Assembly (NCBI GenBank): GCA_037442925.1
Contig: JBBIPG010000003.1
Span: forward strand, 2,913-66,912
DNA from: Candidatus Fraserbacteria bacterium
Lineage (GTDB): Bacteria > Bipolaricaulota > Bipolaricaulia > RBG-16-55-9
Reading direction: 5' to 3'
Length of the DNA stretch: 64,000 bases
In this document: piece by piece, positions 27,863 to 37,605 of the stretch
How the letters are laid out: each line of letters starts with the position of its first letter
Numbering within the stretch: the first letter of the stretch is position 1
Made by a program: the position numbers and the translations under genes
Notes under the pieces: model-generated
The model's database searches: none
Told to the model about the DNA's origin: nothing
The model's input: only the letters and a program-made list of their open reading frames with translations

Positions 27863-29388
27863 GATTTAATACGCTCCGTGATTTGCTCGTAAGTCAGGCG
27901 GTGCTTTTGGGCAAGCGAGAGGGCGTAAGCCAGCCCATCGGCGGGCTTTCGGACGATTTTGAATGTCCGCAGAGCAAGGTTTTCAGGGTCAACGGTACTG
28001 ACCATGCTGACGGTTTTCTCGCTCAGAGACGACAACTCATCAATAAATGTCACCCACACGCACAACAAATCCAGTTTCATCACTTTCGCCATGATTTCTT
28101 TACTCAGAAAAACGCTGTCTTGTAAGGTGGTGGATGCGAACATCTCGTTTACGATGAGAATGCTATTGGGCGTGGCGCGGGTAAGAATATGGTGAATGCG
28201 CAGCAAGTCATCCTGTAATTTGCCACGCAGGTTGCGGATGTCTTCCACCCTCTCGAAGTGCGTGAAAATCTGGTCGAACAGAAAGAGCTGTGCTTCTCTA
28301 CCCGGCACGGGACAGCCAAGACTGGCGAGATAATGTAGTTGCCCAAACATGCGGGCAAAGGTAGTTTTGCCACCTTGATTCGGCCCCGAGACCACGATGA
28401 TGCGTTCCGGTTCCTTCAGGGAAAAGTCGTTGCAGATGACCGATTTCTTGGTGTGTAGCAGGGTGTGCGCTAATGCCAGATCGAAGGCATCATAAGCGTA
28501 CGCCTCACGGCTGGTTGCGCTCATCTGGGGGTAACAAAACGTAAGCCCCTTGCGTTTAATGTCAGCAGCGAATCTCAGATAGGCGACATAGAATTGGATC
28601 TCCCGGTCGAATGTGCGAATGGCCTCATCCACAAAGCGGCTGTGCCGCTCACAAAACCGGTCCAGTGCAGCAAACTCTGCTGGGTATAGCCGGGCGACAA
28701 ACTCGAGGATTTTTGCTTCGATATGATTCATCCCTGACCCTTTGTCAAGGTCAAACCGGTAATCTTTCACCGCGCCCTGTCTGAACTTCTCGAAAGTTTT
28801 AGCCACTTCGATGCTGTAATCCGTCTCCCCTTCGTACCTTCGCACGCTGAATTTTCCGCTCTTGATGATCACGGAATACTTCACGCTCCTCAATCCTTCT
28901 TTGACCTTCTGCGCCTCTGACCGCAGGGATTCGAATTCAGCCGAGCAGACGTAGTCCGCCAGATACTGCCGGAAGGCCTGAAGGCCTCGTGAATGCAAGT
29001 CTGCCTGGCTCAGGTTACGCGCCAGGTTGGTTATGGCGTCGCAATAGATCAGCGCCGCCTCCAGAAACCAGCCCTTTTTGTGATAATCAAAGTCTAGCTT
29101 TTCAACGAGGGCCAGGTAGCGGCGTACGATGGTCATCTTGTCGGCAAAGGCTTCGAGGGGCGTCCTCAGCGTCGCGTCTTCCATGTCCTGCATCACTTCC
29201 TGGCGATAACGGATGGTCTCCACATCGCGCAGGGGTGTGTAGAAGAAGGGCTTCAGGTTGTATTCCTCCTTGCGTGCCGCAATGGCGTCTATCACCTGGT
29301 CGAGATTTAGATCGGCGAAAAAACCGGGCGGGTCTGCTGTTTCTTTGTGCATTGGGTCTCTATCGAAAAGGATGCTTGGAAAGGACAT
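27859..29388 (-). CDS. MutS-related ABC ATPase (core plus domain V only), paralog A
   Basis: SGPNQGGKTTFARMFG Walker A and ILIVNEMFASTT Walker B (Asn instead of Asp). Shares the N-terminal motif ETIRYRQE with paralog B. ATGA overlap with the downstream paralog. Confidence 0.8.
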   Translation of the reverse strand: MSFPSILFDRDPMHKETADPPGFFADLNLDQVIDAIAARKEEYNLKPFFYTPLRDVETIRYRQEVMQDMEDATLRTPLEAFADKMTIVRRYLALVEKLDFDYHKKGWFLEAALIYCDAITNLARNLSQADLHSRGLQAFRQYLADYVCSAEFESLRSEAQKVKEGLRSVKYSVIIKSGKFSVRRYEGETDYSIEVAKTFEKFRQGAVKDYRFDLDKGSGMNHIEAKILEFVARLYPAEFAALDRFCERHSRFVDEAIRTFDREIQFYVAYLRFAADIKRKGLTFCYPQMSATSREAYAYDAFDLALAHTLLHTKKSVICNDFSLKEPERIIVVSGPNQGGKTTFARMFGQLHYLASLGCPVPGREAQLFLFDQIFTHFERVEDIRNLRGKLQDDLLRIHHILTRATPNSILIVNEMFASTTLQDSVFLSKEIMAKVMKLDLLCVWVTFIDELSSLSEKTVSMVSTVDPENLALRTFKIVRKPADGLAYALSLAQKHRLTYEQITERIKS

Positions 29389-29394
29389 TAAGGG

Positions 29395-30558
29395 TCATCC
29401 TGTTCGGCTTTGGATCAAGGCTTCAGCCTCGACCTCACCGCCCATAGCCTCCAAGGCATGATGCGGATGGAAGAAGCGCTGTGCCACAAAGGTGGGCAGG
29501 ATGGCGCTGACGACTACCACCGCCACCAAGACCGAGAACTGTGCTTGGTTGATAATCCCGGCTTGGTAGCCAAAGATCGAACTGATCGTCCCCATGGTGA
29601 GACCCGTGCTCATCAAGAGTGTTGTGTATGTCGCTTCCCGTGGGATGAAGAGCTTTGAGAGGGGATAGACGCCAAGGAATTTGGTACCCAACTTGACGGC
29701 CAGCAAGAGCAGAAAGAGTCCCGCATTGGCCCAAAGCAAGGGCAGGGAGATGTTCAAGCCGCCGTTTAAGAAGAAGATCGGAGTAATGAACGCAAAGGCA
29801 ACGACGCGCAGCTTGCGCTGTAGCTGTAGGTTACCGCGGAACAGTGGCGAGAGAACGAGGCCCAGTATGAAGGCTGGCAGAATGGCGTGGCTGGCCCCGA
29901 TGTGCGCGAAATACATCAGCGCAAGCAGGAGCAGGAATAAGAACTTGATCTCCGGCTCGATGACACGCTCACCGTAGCGCTGGAAGAAGAAGGGCGCAGC
30001 CAGGGGCGTCAGAGCGATGATCCCGATGGAGATGAGTGCAAACCAGAGTGTATCTGTGTTTGGGGTGATGAAAAGCAGTGAGAGCCCGGCTGCTGTGCCG
30101 AAGTCTGTAACGAACGTGCTGGCCATGATGATCTTGCCGATGGTGGTGTTCGTAAGACCCGTTTCCACCAGCACGGCATATACGACAGCCAGAGAGGTCG
30201 TGCTGAGCGCGATGCCTGCCAGCTGCGCGGCGCGCCAGTCCCAACCCAATAGATAATGAGAGAGCAGCAGTGTTCCCAGAAACGGGGCGAGGAACGAAAG
30301 CCCGCCGATGGCCAGGCTCTCCTTCGCCTTCTCCCTCAGGACGCGCAGGTCCACCTCAGCCCCGGCCATGAAGGTCAGCAGAATTCCGCCGAAGCCGGCA
30401 ATGTATGAGATCCAGTCGAGCTGCGTGACGCCTAAGAAGTTCCCCGCGATGACCCCTAATGTGATCTCAATAATCGCGGCAGCTAGGCCCAGTTCGACGG
30501 ATACCAGACTGGCCAGAAAGACTAAGGTCGCCACGACCATCCCCACGTAGAGTTCCAT
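29395..30558 (-). CDS. Cation:proton antiporter (Na+/H+ exchanger family, CPA2-like)
   Basis: ~12 TM segments with the Na_H_Exchanger pattern. Confidence 0.85.
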   Translation of the reverse strand: MELYVGMVVATLVFLASLVSVELGLAAAIIEITLGVIAGNFLGVTQLDWISYIAGFGGILLTFMAGAEVDLRVLREKAKESLAIGGLSFLAPFLGTLLLSHYLLGWDWRAAQLAGIALSTTSLAVVYAVLVETGLTNTTIGKIIMASTFVTDFGTAAGLSLLFITPNTDTLWFALISIGIIALTPLAAPFFFQRYGERVIEPEIKFLFLLLLALMYFAHIGASHAILPAFILGLVLSPLFRGNLQLQRKLRVVAFAFITPIFFLNGGLNISLPLLWANAGLFLLLLAVKLGTKFLGVYPLSKLFIPREATYTTLLMSTGLTMGTISSIFGYQAGIINQAQFSVLVAVVVVSAILPTFVAQRFFHPHHALEAMGGEVEAEALIQSRTG

Positions 30559-30711
30559 AATGACTCCCCCTGTTCGAGTGATTCGTTCAGGTAGGAGCCA
30601 TCAGTCCCTGGGGGGACGGTTTGGGAGCGGGCGCTCCCCGGCGGACTCCATCGCCAGTCAAACTATACTCGATGGAATGCTCTTCTTTCAACCGAAAGGG
30701 CCATGGGGAGC

Positions 30712-31107
30712 TTAGCGTCTAAGTTCAATGTGTACGCGCGGGCCTTCTGGACCAATAAGATTATAGAGGAACGCGCTGATGATGCTGATGAGCAACGCAC
30801 CAAGAAAGGCCCAGCCAAACCCGTCGATGGTTACTCCCGCTACCAGCTGACCCACCAAGACAAGAATGAAGGCGTTGATCACAAGCAAGAAGAGCCCAAA
30901 GGTGAAGATCGTCGCCGGCAGAGTGAAAAAGACGAGTATAGGGCGGAGAAGAGCGTTAAGCAGTCCCAGAGCCAACCCAGCCCAGATCGCGGTGGCAAAA
31001 TCCTGGACTTGGATGTGAGGATGCAAGAGCCAGCCCACAGCCCAGATGGCCACCGTTCCTGCCGCCCACCGGGCGATCAGACGCAACAAGAAAGCCTCTC
31101 GGAACAC
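30712..31107 (-). CDS. DUF360/phage-holin-4_2 family membrane protein
   Basis: LNALLRPILVFFTLPATIFTFGLFLLVINAFILVLV matches the family consensus. Start moved to the GTG with GGAGGG 5 nt upstream, because the N-terminal 22 codons of the track ORF are not protein-like. Confidence 0.6.
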   Translation of the reverse strand: MFREAFLLRLIARWAAGTVAIWAVGWLLHPHIQVQDFATAIWAGLALGLLNALLRPILVFFTLPATIFTFGLFLLVINAFILVLVGQLVAGVTIDGFGWAFLGALLISIISAFLYNLIGPEGPRVHIELRR

Positions 31108-31213
31108 GATCCCTCCGCTTGCGAATTCTAACGAACTTCGTCCATAGAATGCAATGTCATCACTCTCTTGCAAACAGGCTTTGCGTCGAGTACCGTAAGA
31201 TCCAGCACCATGC

Positions 31214-31972
31214 GTGCAGGGGAGGCCTAGTGTGTTCTTTCCACTCCGAGATTATCGTCGAAGCGGATCGTTCCCCTGGATTACAGTCTCACTGATTGCC
31301 CTAGATGTTCTGATCTATCTCTATCAGGCATTGATCTTAGGGAATCAGCTGTCGCCCTATCGAGTCCGGTCCGGTTTTCGTGTGGAGAGCCTCACACAAG
31401 AGGATGTGTTCATCTTTCAGTACGGCGTCACGCCTTGTGAAGTCCTTGGCAACTGCACGCCCTTCCCGGCAGCTACGTTTCCCATATGGTTGACGCTTTT
31501 CACATCCATGTTCCTCCATGGGGATCTGCTTCACGTGGCGAGCGACATGTGGTATCTCTGGATCTTTGGAGATAACGTGGAAGATGCGATGGGAAAGCCT
31601 CGCTTTCTGGCATTCTATGTGATCTCCGGATTGGGCGCGGCTCTCGCGCAAATCCTCTCCAATACCACAAGTCAGATTCCCATGATCGGTGCAAGTGGTG
31701 CCATCTCGGGCGTGCTGGGAGCGTATCTCCTGCTCTACCCCCGCGGGCGCATCTTGACGCTTGTCTGGGTTTTCTACTTCATTCGTTTTGTGGAGATGCC
31801 GGCGTGGATCGTCTTAGGTCTATGGCTTCTATTGCAGTTCGTGAGCGTCTGGCTGGGAGGAGGAGCGCTTCAAGGAGAAGGTGTGGCATGGATGGCGCAC
31901 ATTGGAGGTTTTGCCGTGGGTTTTCTGCTCGCGCGACTCTTTGCTAGCCCTTCTTATAATACTCTGCGTTGA
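31214..31972 (+). CDS. Rhomboid family intramembrane serine protease
   Basis: GASGAISGV with the catalytic Ser, HxxxN...H (AHIGGF). Confidence 0.85.
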   Translation: MQGRPSVFFPLRDYRRSGSFPWITVSLIALDVLIYLYQALILGNQLSPYRVRSGFRVESLTQEDVFIFQYGVTPCEVLGNCTPFPAATFPIWLTLFTSMFLHGDLLHVASDMWYLWIFGDNVEDAMGKPRFLAFYVISGLGAALAQILSNTTSQIPMIGASGAISGVLGAYLLLYPRGRILTLVWVFYFIRFVEMPAWIVLGLWLLLQFVSVWLGGGALQGEGVAWMAHIGGFAVGFLLARLFASPSYNTLR

Positions 31973-32252
31973 TCTGGGCGAAGTTCTTCCACTGCTCGGG
32001 GAGATCTTCCTCAGGATAGATGGCCTCCACCGGACAGACAGCGGCACAGGCTCCGCAGTTGATGCAGATCGCCGGGTCGATGTACAGCATCTGTACGTTT
32101 GCATGCTCGGGCTCATCTGGGCGAGGGTGAATGCAATCAACGGGGCAGACTTGCACACACTCACCCGACTTCGTGTTAAGACAAGGCTGTGCAATGACAA
32201 ATGCCACCGATCTCGCCTCCTTGTTGCTGTCGGCTGAGTATAGCAGACCCAC
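31944..32252 (-). CDS. Ferredoxin of the 7Fe (3Fe-4S plus 4Fe-4S) type
   Basis: CxxxxxCVxVCPVDCI ... CINCGACAAVCPVEAI cysteine clusters. Start uncertain. Confidence 0.75.
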   Translation of the reverse strand: MGLLYSADSNKEARSVAFVIAQPCLNTKSGECVQVCPVDCIHPRPDEPEHANVQMLYIDPAICINCGACAAVCPVEAIYPEEDLPEQWKNFAQINAEYYKKG

Positions 32253-32288
32253 GCATGCACCGCAATCCGCTGCACCGCCTAGCTCAGC

Positions 32289-34856
32289 TCATGAACGACG
32301 AATTGGCAGCTTGCGGACCATGAGATCGACGAGAAAGAGCAAGAGGGCGGCCAGCGTCACCGGCTGCCATATATCACGATATGACCGTGTACGACCCTGC
32401 AACTGGGCCGCGAGGTTCTCCGTATCTTCGAGATACTCTCCTCCGGTGGCTCTGGCAATGCGGGAGAGGGCTTCGGCGTTCAAGTTGACATGACGATACT
32501 CTGTTGCATACGGCACATTCACTACGCCCTCGACTCGCCCCAGCGACGGCTCACTCACGCGAAGCAGGTAGACCCCTTGCTCCAGATCTTCCACGGTCGC
32601 CTGGTATCGACCGGGACCCAGTTGTTCGAAGCGCAGCGGTTTGGGCTCACCCGCCAGTCCCGTAAGCTGTCCTTGAAGCGAGAGAAGATCCAACCAGAAG
32701 CCATCGCGCTCGGCTTCGGCCGTCACGGTGAGAGTAGAGTCATCCCATCGCGTCTGGACGGCCAACTCCTTCGGTTGAAGGGGAGCTTCGCTGTAAATCT
32801 GGCTTAAAACCTCTGCCGTCAACGTGCTCAAGCCATCCCAATCGAGCCAGCGATCCAGTCCTTCTTGGCTGATGCTGGTGTTGAGCACCATCACCTTGCC
32901 CAGTCCGTATCTCCATTGGCTGAGAAGAGGATCTGCAGGTAGATCTTCATCCGTGCGGATCTGAAGGGATGTTTGGGCAGCAGGTTTCTCGAAAGTGAGC
33001 ACATATCCATCCGCAGGGGGGATCGCGCGGAGATCGAGGTTATGTAGCTCGAACGCAAAGGGCCCAGGCGTTACCGGCACCGGGCCCTTGATCCAGCGTG
33101 CCCTCTCCAGTCGGACGAGCTCCTGCAGGGTGATCTGCGGGAGATCCCGCGCATCTTTGACTTCGTATTTTGCGCCCTTGCCTGCATCGGCCAGCCGCCA
33201 GAGAAATTCAATGTCGGCTTGTTGACCGATGGCGATTGCGGACGCACTGATCGTACTGTCAGAGATCTCGCGAAAGAGCCTCTCGAAGTCACGGTTCTCT
33301 TTCGTGACTTTGCCGTCAGAGAAGACCAGAAGGTGCTTCACTCTGGCCCGGATTTGTGAGAGTTGATTGACCGCATCGCGCAGCGCTTGGTAGATATCGG
33401 TGCCGCCCTCCGGTGAGAGGCTCCTGATGGCCTGAATAATCTCATTCTTGCGGTTGCGCGCCAATCCCAGGCGAACGACCCAGTCGTATTGCGCATCGAA
33501 GGCAACGATCCCGATGAAGTTGCGCGGATCGAGTTTCTCCACGGCTCCAATTGCCGCTCCCTTCAGGAGGTCGATCTTGTCGATCTTACGCAGCGGGTCG
33601 ACGGCTTCCCCCATGCTCCCGGAGCGATCCAGCAGCATCACCAGAGCCAGCGAGGGCCGTTGCACCTCTTCCGGCCCTTCGTAGGTGACGGGCAAGAGTC
33701 TCCCGAAGTCTTTATCGTAGAATTCCTCGACGGCACGGTTACCCTGGATCAGCCAGAGGCCACCGCCCAGATCGCGCGTGTAACGCTCGATTTGCTCGAT
33801 CTGACTGCGGCTTAGCTCTCGTAGAGGCACGTCATTGAGGATGACGGCGCGATAGGGCAGTAGCGACACGGGGGTCAGGGCAAACTCACGCAGGGAGACC
33901 TTGGTGTAGGCATGACTTGAGTTCGCCAGCAGTCTCTCCAGAGGGGAAGGCGTTTGACTTTCCTCTTGGACCAAGAGAATGCGTGGATCACCGACAGCTT
34001 CGACGAGGGTTTGATACGCATTATTAGGCATCAGAGCATCATCGGGAGCGATCAGCTCGATGCGGTACTGGTAGATCCCTGACTCCAGGAGTTCATCGCT
34101 TTGCTCGATGAAATTGAGCCCGGCGCGCAGTGTGAGTTCACGTTGGAAGGCTAGCCTTTCATCGCGGTAGATGAGGAGTTGCGCTCGTGTCGACTTAGAA
34201 GCGTAGATCACACTCTCCAGCACGAAGGGCAAGTTGACGGCCACTTCGCGAGGGGCCCGCAAATCCAGTATCGAGTACTCCGCGGCGGGGGCATCCAGAG
34301 GCAGGGTGAATATTCTCACTCCGAGGCGAGCCGCTCGAACCAAGACCTCGCTTAGGTCTCCTCGAGTCGATTGGCCATCGCTGAGCAGCACGATGGTCTT
34401 CATCCCGTCCTCAGGGAAGGTGCTTAGAGCCAGATCAATCGCTGCTGCCAGATCGGTCCCTTCGGGATCTACTGCTGTGTGGAAGGTTTCCAGGTAAAGT
34501 GAGGGAGCAAAGGGCAGTTCTACGAAGGGCTGCTTTCCGAAGACGATCAGGCTGTACTGCGTGTGGGGCTGAGGAGCAGCCCAGGTATTTAGTCTCTCCA
34601 TCCAAGCGGCCCCGAGAGCTGTCGAACGGGCGCTCGCGGAAAGATCGACGAGAAAGTAGACGTAGTGACTCTCGGTGCGACTGAGCAGTTGCGGGCCGGC
34701 GAGAGCGAGCAAGAGCAGCGTGATGGATGCGATCCGCAGCAGGATCGCCCATCGATCGGTGAGCACTCTATGCGCAAGTTCCTGGCGTCGGAAGAAGAGA
34801 TACCCCAAGGGGAGGAGGAGCAACGCCAGGACCCAAATGTGGTAAAAGCGGATCAC
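32289..34856 (-). CDS. BatA_N/VWA/VWA membrane protein (BatB-like)
   Basis: N-terminal TM plus FLVDLSASARS VWA MIDAS motif. A second VWA domain (LLDRSGSMGEA...SPEGGTDI) and a C-terminal TM. Confidence 0.8.
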   Translation of the reverse strand: MIRFYHIWVLALLLLPLGYLFFRRQELAHRVLTDRWAILLRIASITLLLLALAGPQLLSRTESHYVYFLVDLSASARSTALGAAWMERLNTWAAPQPHTQYSLIVFGKQPFVELPFAPSLYLETFHTAVDPEGTDLAAAIDLALSTFPEDGMKTIVLLSDGQSTRGDLSEVLVRAARLGVRIFTLPLDAPAAEYSILDLRAPREVAVNLPFVLESVIYASKSTRAQLLIYRDERLAFQRELTLRAGLNFIEQSDELLESGIYQYRIELIAPDDALMPNNAYQTLVEAVGDPRILLVQEESQTPSPLERLLANSSHAYTKVSLREFALTPVSLLPYRAVILNDVPLRELSRSQIEQIERYTRDLGGGLWLIQGNRAVEEFYDKDFGRLLPVTYEGPEEVQRPSLALVMLLDRSGSMGEAVDPLRKIDKIDLLKGAAIGAVEKLDPRNFIGIVAFDAQYDWVVRLGLARNRKNEIIQAIRSLSPEGGTDIYQALRDAVNQLSQIRARVKHLLVFSDGKVTKENRDFERLFREISDSTISASAIAIGQQADIEFLWRLADAGKGAKYEVKDARDLPQITLQELVRLERARWIKGPVPVTPGPFAFELHNLDLRAIPPADGYVLTFEKPAAQTSLQIRTDEDLPADPLLSQWRYGLGKVMVLNTSISQEGLDRWLDWDGLSTLTAEVLSQIYSEAPLQPKELAVQTRWDDSTLTVTAEAERDGFWLDLLSLQGQLTGLAGEPKPLRFEQLGPGRYQATVEDLEQGVYLLRVSEPSLGRVEGVVNVPYATEYRHVNLNAEALSRIARATGGEYLEDTENLAAQLQGRTRSYRDIWQPVTLAALLLFLVDLMVRKLPIRRS

Positions 34857-36727
34857 ATCGCTCGCCTCCTCAGGCGTGGGATTGGCAGATGGAAGAGGGA
34901 GCGATCAAAGTAGAGGAGTTCCAAAATGAGCAGAAAAAGCCCTGCGACCAGAAGATACGGCCAGAGTCCGTGAGCGACGTTCCGTTCTGCGATGGAGGGA
35001 AGGGACGGTGATTCGCGCTGTGCTGGCACGGAAAGATCGCTCCTTTTGGCATCAGTCGGCAGTGAAAGCGATTCTTCAGAAGGTGTATTCGCCGCATAGA
35101 TCTGGACCGTTCCGTTGCGGGACAACTCGTAGAAGCCCGGCTGCTCCACGAGCCCGCAACGAGTCTCTTCTGAAGGGAAGTCACAAGAGCGACTCTGTGG
35201 ATCGGTGATACGCACGGGGCCCTCCACACCGATCAATGGCAGTTCTTGGCCAATTTCGACATTGCGTTCCTCTTCGGCTCGGGGGGCAAGCCATGAGAGC
35301 ACGCGGTACATCAGTATGGGGAAATCCACCGACAAGCCCAGATTGGAGGCGCCCAGATCAGCACCGAGATAGACCAAGCGCAGTCCGGTGGTCTCATAGA
35401 GGTAGAGGAGTGGGATCTCTCCCACCGTGAGCAGGGCTACACCCCGGGGATCTACTTGTGCCTCGCTTATGCGCAAGAGACGCCAGTCTTTGGGATCGAT
35501 TCCCGCTAGCATTGGGTGATCGAGCTTTACTTCTACGCCCATGTCGTCTGTAGGGACCGTCTCTTGAGCTCTCACCCAGGGAGGGGCCGACGACTGCAGC
35601 AGCAAGAAGCGCCCGGACATCGGCTTCGGTAGCTCCGTCTGATTCAGGAGGATCGCATCGTAGTCTGACGTCAGGATCGTATCGTCCCAAGCCGTTCGCG
35701 TTACAAGATCCGTCTGTCCGGAGAGCCGGAGGAATCTTTCGAGATAGAAGTTGCTGTCACCGACCCAGAGGATCTTCCAAGGCCTTGGCTCCGGGGGTGA
35801 GGCGTAGCGAATGTTATCATCTGTCCAGTCGTCCCGAACGGTGTCGGTCACAAGCCGGGCAGTCAGGCGCGAAAGGCGGGAACCGTCGTAGTTAAAGACG
35901 AAAGAGGAGACTTGACGGGGAGCCAACTCAATCCAGCGTACGTCAATGAGCTGATCATCGGCTGTGAGCTCTAAGGGGACTCGCTGCCATTCATCGCTTG
36001 AGTTCCATGCCTCTAGGTAGAGGTCGTAACTGCTTCGATTGGGATGCTCTCGGACAGAGAAGCGCGTAATGGCCAGATTCTGCGGTGACGCTTCCCCCCT
36101 TACAAGCTGCACCTCCCAGCCAAGGGCTGTTTCATCAAAGGGAGGGGAATGATCGGTGAAATAGACCACTCGGTCGAAGCCGTTGGGAGCTTGGCTCTGC
36201 AACAGGCTGATGAGCTGGCTGGGGCGCGCATCGCCTTGATATGTCGGCCCAGAGTCTGTCAGCACACTTCGCAGGCGAGCCTGGTCAGAAGTGGGAGATG
36301 ACAACAGGATGCTATGATCTTGGGCTTGAATCAACGTGATGATCGCTGTAGGGCTGCTGCTCAGGAGTTCTAGGATCGAATCGACGGCCACTTGGTAGCG
36401 TGTTGGGCCTCCTGGGGCGATCATTGTGCGCATGCTGGCGCTACCATCGATGAGGATGGCTAGCGTAGGACCACCACGGGCGGAGGTATAGATCACGGGG
36501 TGGGCAAGCCCTGTGATCAGCGCGGCGAGCGCTAGAAGCTGCAAGAACAGCCCGAGTAGATGAGTCCAGTGCAGTCGCAAAGCGCTCTTAGGCGTCTGCT
36601 CGAGCCCCTGCCACAAGAAAAGCGTTGAGACGGAGACAGGGAGGGCTTGCCTCTTGAGAAAATAGATTACAGCCACGATCAGGCCAAGACTCAGCAACCA
36701 GAGCGCCCACCCCGCGAGGAAGATCAT
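34853..36727 (-). CDS. BatA-like protein (aerotolerance regulator N-terminal domain plus VWA-like domain)
   Basis: N-terminal 2 TM with YFLKRQ, and ILIDGSASM. Confidence 0.75.
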   Translation of the reverse strand: MIFLAGWALWLLSLGLIVAVIYFLKRQALPVSVSTLFLWQGLEQTPKSALRLHWTHLLGLFLQLLALAALITGLAHPVIYTSARGGPTLAILIDGSASMRTMIAPGGPTRYQVAVDSILELLSSSPTAIITLIQAQDHSILLSSPTSDQARLRSVLTDSGPTYQGDARPSQLISLLQSQAPNGFDRVVYFTDHSPPFDETALGWEVQLVRGEASPQNLAITRFSVREHPNRSSYDLYLEAWNSSDEWQRVPLELTADDQLIDVRWIELAPRQVSSFVFNYDGSRLSRLTARLVTDTVRDDWTDDNIRYASPPEPRPWKILWVGDSNFYLERFLRLSGQTDLVTRTAWDDTILTSDYDAILLNQTELPKPMSGRFLLLQSSAPPWVRAQETVPTDDMGVEVKLDHPMLAGIDPKDWRLLRISEAQVDPRGVALLTVGEIPLLYLYETTGLRLVYLGADLGASNLGLSVDFPILMYRVLSWLAPRAEEERNVEIGQELPLIGVEGPVRITDPQSRSCDFPSEETRCGLVEQPGFYELSRNGTVQIYAANTPSEESLSLPTDAKRSDLSVPAQRESPSLPSIAERNVAHGLWPYLLVAGLFLLILELLYFDRSLFHLPIPRLRRRAM

Positions 36728-37605
36728 TGCAGCAGCGCTCCCTCTCGGAGCGTCTGAAAGACGGTCTCTTCCAGAGGAGTCCCGGACGAGATGAGATGAT
36801 AACGTAAGTCATGGCGGCGGCAATACGTCTCCAATCGCTGACGATACTGCCAGAGAGCATCGGCATACGTCTTTAGAACTCCCTTGCTCACGTAGATGGG
36901 CAATTCATCATGATCCTCTACGTCTTGCAAGCGCACTTCACCGCTGAGATGGGGATCGAGATCCTCAGGAGCCAGAAGATGCAGTACGGTGACTTCGTAG
37001 CGATGGTAGAGGAGCTGAGCAAGCCCCTCTTCGAAGCCATCGTCGCTCAGCATATCGCTGATGAGGATAGCTAGCCCACTCTCGCGGCGGATTCTTGCAA
37101 AGCGAGTGAGAGAGTCATTGATCGAAGTCTCACCGGCGGGTTGTATGGCCTGAAGAAAGCGGAAAATTTCGAAGATCTGTCGATGCCCACCTCGCGGGGG
37201 TACACCGCTCACGAGATCGCTCGCAAAGGGGAAGATGCCGACTCGATTGAGATCTTTGAGCCCGAGGTAGGCCAGCGCACCAGCCAGGCGCGCGGCATAC
37301 TCGAGTTTACGGCCTATCTCCATCGAGTGGCTGACATCCAGGAACAAGTAGATCGGCACATCTTCCTCTCGGGTGAAGACCTTGATGAACAGGCGGTCGA
37401 AGCGCCCATAGAGGTTCCAGTCCACGTAACGTAGATCATCCCCTGGGTAGTATTCTTTGTACTCGGCGAATTCCAGACTCATGCCGGCCCGGTGGGTGAG
37501 TCTTCGCCCGCTGAGTGTGCCGTGGAATCGGCCGCGGACGATGAGCTGTAAGTTCTCCAGTTTCTTGAGGAACTGCGAGTCTAGAAACGGTCGCATCGTG
37601 CTCAT
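36724..37605 (-). CDS. DUF58 domain protein (MoxR partner)
   Basis: RGRFHGTLSGRRLTHRAGMSLEFAEYKEYYPGDDLRYVDWN is the DUF58 signature. Confidence 0.85.
   Translation of the reverse strand: MSTMRPFLDSQFLKKLENLQLIVRGRFHGTLSGRRLTHRAGMSLEFAEYKEYYPGDDLRYVDWNLYGRFDRLFIKVFTREEDVPIYLFLDVSHSMEIGRKLEYAARLAGALAYLGLKDLNRVGIFPFASDLVSGVPPRGGHRQIFEIFRFLQAIQPAGETSINDSLTRFARIRRESGLAILISDMLSDDGFEEGLAQLLYHRYEVTVLHLLAPEDLDPHLSGEVRLQDVEDHDELPIYVSKGVLKTYADALWQYRQRLETYCRRHDLRYHLISSGTPLEETVFQTLREGALLQ

Noticed and set aside
30712-31173. Phage-holin-family (Phage_holin_4_2/DUF360) gene as a sign of a prophage
   Set aside because: The neighbours are a cation antiporter and a rhomboid protease. No integrase, terminase, capsid or tail genes occur anywhere in the window, and this family is widespread as a chromosomal membrane protein.
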